In this document: in pieces, positions 19,223 to 27,951 of the stretch | Layout: every line of letters starts with the position of its first letter | Numbering within the stretch: position 1 is the first letter of the stretch | Source: Candidatus Freyarchaeum deiterrae | GTDB lineage: Archaea; Asgardarchaeota; Jordiarchaeia; Jordiarchaeales; Jordiarchaeaceae | Assembly: GCA_037305845.1 (NCBI GenBank) | Contig: CP147778.1 | Span: 672,001-736,000, forward strand | Reading direction: 5' to 3' | DNA length: 64,000 nt | Notes under the pieces: generated by a model | Seen by the model: only the letters and a program-made list of their open reading frames with translations | Database searches by the model: none | What the model was told of the DNA's origin: nothing | Made by a program: the position numbers and the translations under genes

Positions 19223-19927
19223 ATGAAGAAATTTGATTTCCATATACATACCTGCTGTTCCAAGCACTGGATATGGGGAATAGACGGCTTGAGTACACCG
19301 CGAGAAGTTGTGGAAACCGCCATCAGTCGTGGACTGGATGGAATAGCGGTGTCGGATCATAACACTACTAAGGGCGGCTTAATCGCTGCAAGAATCGCTA
19401 AGAAAATAGATAAAAATTTCCTGGTTATTCCCAGCATGGAGGTAAAGTCCAAAATCGGGGATGTTCTGGCAATCGGTGTTGCTGAAGAATTGACTATCAG
19501 GAGCAGGTCCCTGACCGCTGAGGAAGCTGTTGAGCAGATGAGAGAAAAGGGTGCGGTGATCATCGCTCCTCACCCTTATGGCAGAGAGGGGCTAGGCTCA
19601 CTGGTTGAAAAGTTGGGATTTGATGCTCTTGAGGGTTTTAACGCCAGGATTCTTCCGCGCTTTAATAGGAAGGCGAAGGAACTGGCGACAAAATTGGGTT
19701 TACCTATGGTTGCAAGCAGCGATGCACATATAGCGGATGAAATCGCAAACGGGATAACTGCTTTAAACATTAACGAGCTCTCAATAGATGCCGTGAAGGA
19801 TGCGATAATTAAGGGGAAAACGAAAATTTATCAGGAAAGACGTACGAAGAGCATGGGCCGTGTCTATACCAAAAAATTTGGCTTGCTACTCCACGTGGCA
19901 AAACGACCATTATGTGAACAAACCTGA
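19223..19927 (+). CDS. PHP-domain metal-dependent phosphoesterase
   Basis: DFHIHT, DG, IAVSDHN, APHP, SSDAH; SD GGTGA. Confidence 0.9.
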   Translation: MKKFDFHIHTCCSKHWIWGIDGLSTPREVVETAISRGLDGIAVSDHNTTKGGLIAARIAKKIDKNFLVIPSMEVKSKIGDVLAIGVAEELTIRSRSLTAEEAVEQMREKGAVIIAPHPYGREGLGSLVEKLGFDALEGFNARILPRFNRKAKELATKLGLPMVASSDAHIADEIANGITALNINELSIDAVKDAIIKGKTKIYQERRTKSMGRVYTKKFGLLLHVAKRPLCEQT

Positions 19928-19968
19928 ACCGCATTTCCGAAAAACTTCCACTTCAAACTGGTGGTTAT

Positions 19969-20046
19969 ATGAGAAAATTCGACTTGCACATTCACACTAC
20001 TTGTTCGCAGAATGAATTGGGGAAGTGGCGCAGTAAGCTCCCCTAA
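19969..20046 (+). pseudogene. 5' relic of a second PHP paralogue (MRKFDLHIHTTCS...)
   Basis: Aligns to MKKFDFHIHTCCS of 19223, then truncates. Confidence 0.7.
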
Positions 20047-20174
20047 CTGGAATTATTTTTGAAAAATTTTTGCCGAAGATTTAAATGTTTTATAATCCTG
20101 TTATATTATTGGTAGCGATTATTATTGTATATAGATTAATTAATATTCGACCAACAACGCAGAAAGGTGAGTAA

Positions 20175-20897
20175 ATGACTAAAATTGGAGAAAATGGGAT
20201 TACTATTTCCATTGGTAAAAATGAAATTATCGTGGAAAGTGAACCCGATGCTCAAATTACTGTGTTTTTTGCAAAAAGTTCTGTACAAGAAATGGATAAG
20301 ATTTACGGACCATTATTCACAAGAATGGTGTCAGAGTACGCGCTACAGTTCGAAGCCGAAAAACTAAACGAGGAGCCGCCCGAAAACATCCAGGGACTGG
20401 ACGCAGTAACGAATTACATTACAGCGAACCTGAACCGGTACCCCAGAGGATACTGCGCCATATTTTACGGCGTAGCTAAAACTGAAAAAAACCTGCAAGG
20501 GTCTATAGGCTCAGGATCTAGAAGAGCTGCCTTCAATGCGATGAAATCCATAATCGAGAGCAGCGGCATGCTAAGCAGTGTAATCGGAACCACCGAAGAC
20601 ATATTCGAAGCCATTGCAAAGGCTGTAGAGATAGTAAAGGCAGTTAAAATAAATATTTCGATGCGCTACATTAAGGGCGAAGACAAGGAGATAACCATGG
20701 TAGTACCTAACTGTCCTTACAAGGATGCTTGCCGAAGTTATATTAGAGAGGGAATATCACGTTTGGTCGGCGGCTCGGAGTGCACAAATTTAACGTGCCA
20801 AGCAGTTATTTCAGAACTCATTACCAAAAAACACCTGGACTACAGACTGGAAGAATTCGATAAACCCCAATGCAAAGGAACAATATTCGAAGTCTAA
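20175..20897 (+). CDS. Cys4 V4R/MetOD-like family paralogue 5
   Basis: Family motifs; GGTGA-N4-ATG start. Confidence 0.87.
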   Translation: MTKIGENGITISIGKNEIIVESEPDAQITVFFAKSSVQEMDKIYGPLFTRMVSEYALQFEAEKLNEEPPENIQGLDAVTNYITANLNRYPRGYCAIFYGVAKTEKNLQGSIGSGSRRAAFNAMKSIIESSGMLSSVIGTTEDIFEAIAKAVEIVKAVKINISMRYIKGEDKEITMVVPNCPYKDACRSYIREGISRLVGGSECTNLTCQAVISELITKKHLDYRLEEFDKPQCKGTIFEV

Positions 20898-21122
20898 ACG
20901 CGACATCATCTCCTCCTATTTTTTTGAGTTATCATTATTTATTGGAATTCTTTTTGAGCGATTTAGAACTTAACTTTTGTCGGCAAGCCTCCTTCCAATA
21001 GGGAGGGGATAAGCGGTGGTGGTGGTTGCGCCTGCACTAAGAACTTTAATGTTCTTTATATCTTCCAACTTCGATTCTCCATCACTAATTTTTCGTTTAT
21101 ATTTGACAGGCGTAAATTGAAA

Positions 21123-21375
21123 GAAGGGACTGGCGACAAAATTGGGCTTACCTATGGTTGCAAGTAGCGATGCTCATATAGCGGATGAAATCGCAAACGG
21201 GATAACTGCTTTAAACATTAATGAACTCTCAATAGAGGCCGTGAAAGATGCAATAATTAAGGGGAAAACGAAAATTTATCAAGAAAAGCGTACGAAGAGC
21301 ATGGGCCGTGTCTATACCAAAAAATTTGGTTTACTGCTCCATGTTGCAAAAAGGCCGTTATGTGAACAAACCTAA
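21123..21375 (+). pseudogene. Duplicated 3' third of the PHP gene
   Basis: Near-identical to 19675-19927 (GLPMVASSDAH...KRPLCEQT); lacks the 5' two-thirds. Confidence 0.9.
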
Positions 21376-21413
21376 ATCATTTTTCGAAAAATTTTCACTT
21401 TTATGATGATTCG

Positions 21414-21490
21414 ATGAAAAATCGACATCACATTTACACTACCTGTTCGAAAAAAGAATTTGGGGACCTGACTCAATAAGCACCCCAAGG
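21414..21490 (+). pseudogene. Frameshifted PHP 5' relic (..HIYTTCSKKRIWGPDSISTP)
   Basis: Aligns to HIHTCCSKHWIWGIDGLSTP; counterpart of 19969-20046. Confidence 0.6.
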
Positions 21491-21691
21491 CTGTTGATGA
21501 AAGTGCTATGCTTTAAAATTAGGCAAACATCGAAAAAAGAATGTTAAATTCTAAAATAAGTGTTGTTTCGTTAAAATTAACTATTATTTTCAATCTGTTT
21601 TTTTCTGCGTTTTTACGTTTAAACGATATCTTGTAAAAAGAGCTTGGTGGCTAAAATTTAAATACATTCAATAACAGTGTTATATTAACTA

Positions 21692-22483
21692 TTGAGATTT
21701 ACGACCAACAATGCAAAGTGGAGAAAATATCACAAAACTAGAGAAGAAGGTGAGATTATCCCAGCTAATAGTACAGATGAATATAGTAAAAATGAATGCG
21801 GCAAAAAGGAAATTATTGTGGAAAGCGAGCCCGATAGCCAAATTTCTGTACTTTTTGTTAAAAGTGCGGTTGAAGAGACTGCAAAACTATACGGCCCCAT
21901 TTTCACCCGTATGGTTTCAGAGTACACACTCCAGTTTGAAGCCGAGAAGCTGAAAGAAAAACCGCCAGAAAACATCCAAGGCTTAGACCAGGTAACAAAC
22001 TACATCCTAGCAAATCTAGACAAGTATCCCAAAGGGTACTGCTCCTTAATGTACGCTATAGGCAAAGCTGAGAGCCAACTGCAAGGATCTACAGGGTCAG
22101 GGGCCAAGAGATCCGCCTATAGTGCAATGAAATCCATAATAAAGGCGAGCGGTATGCTAAACAGTATAATCGGAACCACGGAAGAGGTCTTCGAAGCCCT
22201 TACCAAGTTTGAGGAAATAGGGAAGATGGTTAAAACAGCTATTCCTCTACGTTTCATCGGTGGAAAAAATAATGACGTAACCATGGTAACGGATAAATGT
22301 CCTTACAAGGATGCCTGCAGAGCATTCGTGAGGGAGGGAATATCACGCATGGTTGGAGGCGCGGAGTGCATAAATATAATATGCCACGCAGCGGTTTCAG
22401 AAATCGTTACCAAAAAACAATTCGACTATAGACTGGATGAATTCGATAAACCCGAATGCAAGGGAAGAATATTTGAAGTTTAA
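21692..22483 (+). CDS. Cys4 V4R/MetOD-like family paralogue 6 (true start probably ~21758 or 21818)
   Basis: Family motifs KCPYKDAC, GGAEC, DYRLDEFDKPECKGRIFEV. Confidence 0.85.
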   Translation: MRFTTNNAKWRKYHKTREEGEIIPANSTDEYSKNECGKKEIIVESEPDSQISVLFVKSAVEETAKLYGPIFTRMVSEYTLQFEAEKLKEKPPENIQGLDQVTNYILANLDKYPKGYCSLMYAIGKAESQLQGSTGSGAKRSAYSAMKSIIKASGMLNSIIGTTEEVFEALTKFEEIGKMVKTAIPLRFIGGKNNDVTMVTDKCPYKDACRAFVREGISRMVGGAECINIICHAAVSEIVTKKQFDYRLDEFDKPECKGRIFEV

Positions 22484-22734
22484 ATTCTACCTCATTTTTT
22501 TCTTTGTTTTTTGTATTATTCCTGATTAGAATTCTTTTAAGCGATTCAGAGCCTTTGTCGGCAGTCATCTATTCTTCGTTCGCTAATTTGATGTTTGGGG
22601 AGCCGCCTGTTAGGATAATGTAAGTTTTTCGGAGATGATGGAAAATGGGCTGATGAAGGTTTATTCTAGTTATCGGTGTTTTGTTTTTCTGGAGTATTGA
22701 TTGTGGTCTAATTAAAAAAGAGGTGAAGTGTGTT

Positions 22735-24222
22735 CTATGTTTCTTTTTCTTCTGTTTCTTCTGGTTCCACGATGAGTGTTAGTCCTTGTACTTTTACTAC
22801 TTTTATTTTTGTTTCTTCGGGAATGGTTTTGCCGTCTTGGGATTTTGCGCTCCAGGTTTCTGATTCTACTAGTACCTGTCCTTTTGGTGTTAGTTCGGTT
22901 GTTGTTTTTCCCTTTTTCCCAATGAGGGCTTCGATGTCTAGTTCTTTTGCTATCTTTCTGGTTTGCCCCACTTTGTATACGAGGTAGCCGAAGAAGGCTG
23001 AGATGAAGAGGGATACGATTAATACGGAGGCAATCACGGTTTGTATGAAATTGTATGTGATTAGCCAGTTTGATGTAGGAAAGATCAGGAGCGCTCCTAG
23101 TATGAAGCAGGCTACACCGCCGGCTGCCAGCACGAAGGCGTGAGTCTTCAGTTCCAGTAGGAATAGTATGAAACCGAAGACAAAGAATAGTATGGATGCA
23201 AAATTAAAGCCTAGTACCCCTAATCCAGCCAATCCGAGTATGAAAGAGATTGCTCCAAGTGTTTCTGCACCGAAGCCGGGTGTCTTAAGACCTATGACAA
23301 TGCAGAAGAGACCCACTACGAGCAAGATATAGGTGATATACGGGTTTACTATGATGCTTAGAACGTTATACTGTATGGGTGGTTGATAAAAGTATATGAA
23401 CGGAGAATCGCTTATACCTGCAAAGTCCACTTCACTGACTATGGTATAATTTGAAACGTTGGCTTTCGGTATTAGTTTCCAAGCTAATACGCCGCTGGGT
23501 GCGTTATACCTTATTAGTGTCATATTATCTAATTGTTGAAGAAGTCCAAATAGATCGTTGGCTACTATGTCTATCATCCCAGTATCCTTGGCGTTGTCGG
23601 GTAGTAGGTTTAGATTCATGGTAACGAATTGCTGAGCGATAGTTACATTTCTGTCATGAAGACTGGCGTGAGCACTCATTAACGCGGTCATTTCGGCTAC
23701 ATAGGTTAGATCATAGATCGGCTGACCCGCCTGTACTGGTTGGGCGGCGCCTATGAGGGTACCGCTGGACATAACTGCTATGTGACTAGACATAAGCAGA
23801 TATGTTCCTCCGCTCCAGGCTGTTGAGCCTAAGGGTGCCACAAAAACGCATACTGGTATGCTGCTTACCTCAAACATGTTCATAATGTCCTCTACGGCGC
23901 TTAATTCGCCGCCGGGAGTGTTTATGAAGACCACTATTAGGTTGGCTTGAATTGAGAATGCTTGGAACATGGCGTCCTGAACCATAAGTTCTGTGGAGCG
24001 CGTTATTTCATTGTCTATGCTTAGTACCACAATTCTCTGGGGAGCCTGTTTTGTTCCGATGCCTTGGGCGCTGTAGCGGCTTGCGGTAAGGTATTGCTGG
24101 AAACTTGAGATTAGTTGTTGTTGTTGTTGATTATGCTGATTTTGTGTTAGTACTCCTAACCCTAGCGGGAATAAAATCAAAAGTGCCAAAAACAAAATGA
24201 TAAGCTTCCGCAAACGCTCCAC
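22735..24222 (-). CDS. nfeD: NfeD-family membrane protein (ClpP-like domain, TM bundle, OB fold)
   Basis: INTPGGE, AWSGGTY, IGAAQP, TPGFG..E..G, ELKTH, C-terminal GQVLVESETWSA...V.VQGLTLIVEP. Confidence 0.88.
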   Translation of the reverse strand: MERLRKLIILFLALLILFPLGLGVLTQNQHNQQQQQLISSFQQYLTASRYSAQGIGTKQAPQRIVVLSIDNEITRSTELMVQDAMFQAFSIQANLIVVFINTPGGELSAVEDIMNMFEVSSIPVCVFVAPLGSTAWSGGTYLLMSSHIAVMSSGTLIGAAQPVQAGQPIYDLTYVAEMTALMSAHASLHDRNVTIAQQFVTMNLNLLPDNAKDTGMIDIVANDLFGLLQQLDNMTLIRYNAPSGVLAWKLIPKANVSNYTIVSEVDFAGISDSPFIYFYQPPIQYNVLSIIVNPYITYILLVVGLFCIVIGLKTPGFGAETLGAISFILGLAGLGVLGFNFASILFFVFGFILFLLELKTHAFVLAAGGVACFILGALLIFPTSNWLITYNFIQTVIASVLIVSLFISAFFGYLVYKVGQTRKIAKELDIEALIGKKGKTTTELTPKGQVLVESETWSAKSQDGKTIPEETKIKVVKVQGLTLIVEPEETEEKET

Positions 24223-24398
24223 CTCGAACTATTCTCTCCATCTTGTAATCTTTATGTTTGACTAATAATCTTTTTCCTTCTTTTTATATTTTTGGAAAGA
24301 GGAAGTGGTGGAGTTAGTGTAACCTGTTGTTATAGGTTGAGGTCTCCATTCTGAATGGGGAGGTTTTCAGAGACTCTTTTTTCAAAAAAAGAAGATGT

Positions 24399-26108
24399 TT
24401 AAGGTAGTGTGTTAATTTTGAGAATGCACTTATTTTGAAGAGCAGCTTCTTCGTCCATGCGGATTCTGGTTTTTATGCCGGCAGCTTCCAGTACTGCTTC
24501 TATAAATGTGGTGCAGATATTGTGTAGGATTTTTTCACTGCTTTGGTAGCGGCAATCGCTAATCTGGTATGTTGAATAATTTTTCCCTTTTTTAAGGAAT
24601 TTGGCATTGAAGCCGCAGCTTTTTAGTAGGTCGGGCAGTTTTTCGGGAAGCTTTTCGAATGTTAGTTCTGTTTCTGAGTATTGTTGCTTACTTTTTTGAA
24701 TCACATTTTCTTTAAATTCCTCTAGTTTTTCCTCGGATGCAGCAATTAGTGGCATTACTAGTTCGATGGATTCCAAATTGGTTATGTGGGGAAGTGATTC
24801 AACAACCTCGGCTTTTGTAGCTACGAATTCGCAGCATTCGTCTCCCATTCCCACACACTTGGTTTCTTCTATTTGGTAGTGAGAATCGAAGGCTGTTTCT
24901 ACAACTCCCCTAATGAATCCTTTCTGAATGAAGCAGATTGGCTTGTTTAATGTTCTTAGACTCGAAATAATTGGTGAATTTTTAATCATAATTTTAATTT
25001 CGAGTTTATCTTCAAAGTTGGAAGAGATGCTTCCCCATCCGAGGATGGTGGATGCGATTATGCATTTCTCAGCGATTTCTTTTTCTTGGAGCTTGTATTT
25101 TTCTTTGAAAATCTTGGCCAAGGCCTTGCCATTTTGGTACCCCGCATATTCAAAAGCATCTTTTGTTTCGTTTAAATGGTTATTTTCGGCCGATTTTTTT
25201 ATAATGTTCAAAATTTGGTTGGCAGGCATCACGAGATACCTGGTAAGCTCGTCGTAGAGGGGTATTTTTAGTATTCCCGATGTATCCATGTTGAACATCT
25301 TTCTCAATTCCTCAAAGGAGGTTACCATTTCACTTGCCAGCCGGAAGTTCCTGTTTTGAACGTCTACTGAGTATGTTACTAAATCCGTTATGCAGGGTAA
25401 GCCGGCGTTTTTTAGAACTCTGAGATATTTTATTTGTGCTCCATCCTTTTCAATTGTTTTAAGTTCTATTACCGTGTCGAATATGTGTTTGGCGGTTTCC
25501 ACAACTGTTTTGGGATGCATATCCGCATTCATCACGGTGTACATTACGTCTCGGAGCGTTTTGATTTTTGACCTGAGATTCCAAATGAATCTTAGCACCT
25601 TTTCGGAGTCTCCCACCGTAAATATAGTGGTTGAGAGCTGATGGTAGATCCAGGACACTTTTAGACCTGGTGCGGGAATTCCCTTCAGTTTGTCGTCTCT
25701 AAACATACTAGTGTGGTAAAAAACATGGTTTAGGTCGTGTGGCTTTTCTACCACTACGATGTTTGATTCTTCTGAGGTTTGAACGCCCATGGACGCGCTG
25801 AACAGGTCTATGTAGAAGAGACGATTCTCCCTTAACGCTTTGGCTGTAACATTCGGGGCGTAGAGTTGAGGGTAGGTTTCTGTGGGAGGATCGGTGCTTA
25901 GGAGTATTATGTTTTCGTCTCTTTCCAAGAGGTTCAGACTGATTATTCCCAAAAGTGCAGATGCATCTTGGGCGTTTTGACCCTCACAAAGGATTAAGGC
26001 TGTTGATCCGCGGGGTATGCCTCCGCTAAGCAGTCTATCCAACTCATCTATTCCGGTGGTTGTAAGCAACATATTATTGTTGTTTATTGTTGTTGTTTCA
26101 AGTGACAA
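24399..26108 (-). CDS. KaiC/RAD55-like domain (degenerate P-loop) fused to V4R domain(s)
   Basis: TTGIDELDRLLSGGIPRG start; V4R motifs GWG, NSP, PICFIQKGFIRG, IEETKCVGMGDECCEF. Confidence 0.85.
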   Translation of the reverse strand: MSLETTTINNNNMLLTTTGIDELDRLLSGGIPRGSTALILCEGQNAQDASALLGIISLNLLERDENIILLSTDPPTETYPQLYAPNVTAKALRENRLFYIDLFSASMGVQTSEESNIVVVEKPHDLNHVFYHTSMFRDDKLKGIPAPGLKVSWIYHQLSTTIFTVGDSEKVLRFIWNLRSKIKTLRDVMYTVMNADMHPKTVVETAKHIFDTVIELKTIEKDGAQIKYLRVLKNAGLPCITDLVTYSVDVQNRNFRLASEMVTSFEELRKMFNMDTSGILKIPLYDELTRYLVMPANQILNIIKKSAENNHLNETKDAFEYAGYQNGKALAKIFKEKYKLQEKEIAEKCIIASTILGWGSISSNFEDKLEIKIMIKNSPIISSLRTLNKPICFIQKGFIRGVVETAFDSHYQIEETKCVGMGDECCEFVATKAEVVESLPHITNLESIELVMPLIAASEEKLEEFKENVIQKSKQQYSETELTFEKLPEKLPDLLKSCGFNAKFLKKGKNYSTYQISDCRYQSSEKILHNICTTFIEAVLEAAGIKTRIRMDEEAALQNKCILKINTLP

Positions 26109-26357
26109 ATTGTCATCCCCAAAAATATTCCTTAATTTATTTTTTATCGTCGTTGGTTTTTAATTGTGGGTGACGGTAATTTTTAGTATCGCTAATTATT
26201 ATTTTGCCAAGGTTTTTGTTAAAGCTTATGCTTACCCTAACAATACGGTTGTATAAATAGCTTTTATTACTTTTTAAAAACAAGTATAATTAGGGTGTTC
26301 AAAAAACATTTAGTTCCATCCCTTAGTTTTAAGACTATTATAAAAAATAAGTAAAAA

Positions 26358-27698
26358 CTAGATGTTCAACCCAGCCGCCTGATTTACAGTCTTCAAAAAG
26401 CTGAGATAATCACTCTTGGTAGGAGTAACCTGCTTCGCCTTCTCCACGGTTTTGAACCAGTCTTCATTCTTCTCGACCACAGTTTTAACGCATTTATTCG
26501 TAAAGTCCTCAAGCAGTTGAATAGCTTCACCAAGAGTAAGATCTAAAGCATCCTTCCTAGCCTTATCAGCATCCTCCAAAAAGGAGGACTGAAGCTTCTC
26601 AATCTCATTAACTATTAAGCCCGCGCGCTGAGGGTAATCCTCCTCAATCTTTCGAACCAGTTTTTCGTGATCCCACCAGTAGGAATCAGTATCGTATTTT
26701 TCTCTACCCTTGGTGAGAATTTCCGGAAGCTCGGTACCAAGATAGAAAGGCATGTAAACACTAATGCAGGGACTGGAGCCCGCGGTCAACCAGTGGGTAG
26801 GTATCTCCTCTGTGAGATGCCCCACGAAGCTCGCAGTAGATTGACTTGCAACCGCGGATCCCGCGTGCATGCAAACGGTGTTTATCTGCTTATCGGGATT
26901 CCAATCTTTCACACCGTATCCCTCGTGGTCTCTGAGATAATTCATCATACTCTTTACGGTTACGTTTTCCTTGTTGCCTTGCAGAAGTTTGGTGGACCTC
27001 TTAACGCGTTCAACACAATGAACTATTTCTCTCATTGTTGGTTCCCCATAGCACAGAGCAAAATCAAAATTCTTTGCAGAGTTACACCAACCCTTCTCAA
27101 TAGCGTGCTCCACCAAATTCTGTGAGGATAAGTCCCACTCCTTACCTATGGTATAACCGTTTGAAATAGAACGAACATCCTTGACACACTCCGCAACCCA
27201 GTACTTGTCGGCGGTTTCCAAAACCCAAGCTTCGCTCGGATCCGCTATAATAAAGGAATTGTGATATTTCAGGGATTGGTCAAAGAAACAGTTTCCACCC
27301 TGACCGTACTCTTCCAAGAGGTCAACCATCACCTCTAGAGCCCTTCTCGCGGTCTCCCCACGCTCCAGCCCCAGTCTAAGAAGATCCATACCAAGTAGAC
27401 CGGTGTCCGCGTAGCTTTCCTTAGACCAAACAGCTTCGTTGCCGATAGCCACACCGTACTCGTTAGCCCCCATTTCTGCGCCCCAAATCCAAAACGGACA
27501 TGACAGAAGAACTTCGAGTGTCTCCGTTACCTGGGGAATCTCAATGTAGGTGCACTTGACCTTTGAGCCCTCAGGATGCTCCTTTCTTGGAAAATATCTG
27601 AGAACCTGCGCCTCGTTTAATGGTCTGTCGCTGTTCTTCCCCAAAATCACCGAACCATCCTGAGTGGAATTTCCTAAGGCTACAAGCGTGTCACACAC
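26358..27698 (-). CDS. Peptidase C69 / secernin-family dipeptidase (Ntn hydrolase)
   Basis: MCDT N-terminal Cys nucleophile (GTG start at 27698 after GGTGA), GKNSDR, WGAEMGANE.GV.IGNE, GMDLLRLGLER. Confidence 0.92.
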   Translation of the reverse strand: MCDTLVALGNSTQDGSVILGKNSDRPLNEAQVLRYFPRKEHPEGSKVKCTYIEIPQVTETLEVLLSCPFWIWGAEMGANEYGVAIGNEAVWSKESYADTGLLGMDLLRLGLERGETARRALEVMVDLLEEYGQGGNCFFDQSLKYHNSFIIADPSEAWVLETADKYWVAECVKDVRSISNGYTIGKEWDLSSQNLVEHAIEKGWCNSAKNFDFALCYGEPTMREIVHCVERVKRSTKLLQGNKENVTVKSMMNYLRDHEGYGVKDWNPDKQINTVCMHAGSAVASQSTASFVGHLTEEIPTHWLTAGSSPCISVYMPFYLGTELPEILTKGREKYDTDSYWWDHEKLVRKIEEDYPQRAGLIVNEIEKLQSSFLEDADKARKDALDLTLGEAIQLLEDFTNKCVKTVVEKNEDWFKTVEKAKQVTPTKSDYLSFLKTVNQAAGLNI

Positions 27699-27951
27699 GA
27701 CCAATCACCTTACAAAGTGTACCTTTTGAATTTAATATACTTATCTAAAAAATAAAGAAAATAATAATAATAAGATAAACAGAGAGAACCGGACGATTTC
27801 TAACAACAAGAGATTCACTAACACACAATTATAATAAATATAGCAATTGGGGGATTTTACATTTTAAAGAGACAGGGCGTCAAATTTAAGAATTTCTACC
27901 TTAAGCAGGTTTACTCGGGTTCTTCGATGAAAACATTAGACTGCTGAATGA

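Noticed and set aside
20975-21115. Minus-strand fragment TPVKYKRKISDGESKLEDIKNIKVL resembling a GT2 glycosyltransferase tail
   Set aside because: Too short and without a start; cannot be supported without a search
14647-22483. Diversity-generating retroelement or shufflon driving the paralogue array
   Set aside because: No reverse transcriptase or recombinase in the window; differences are not adenine-restricted and C-termini are conserved
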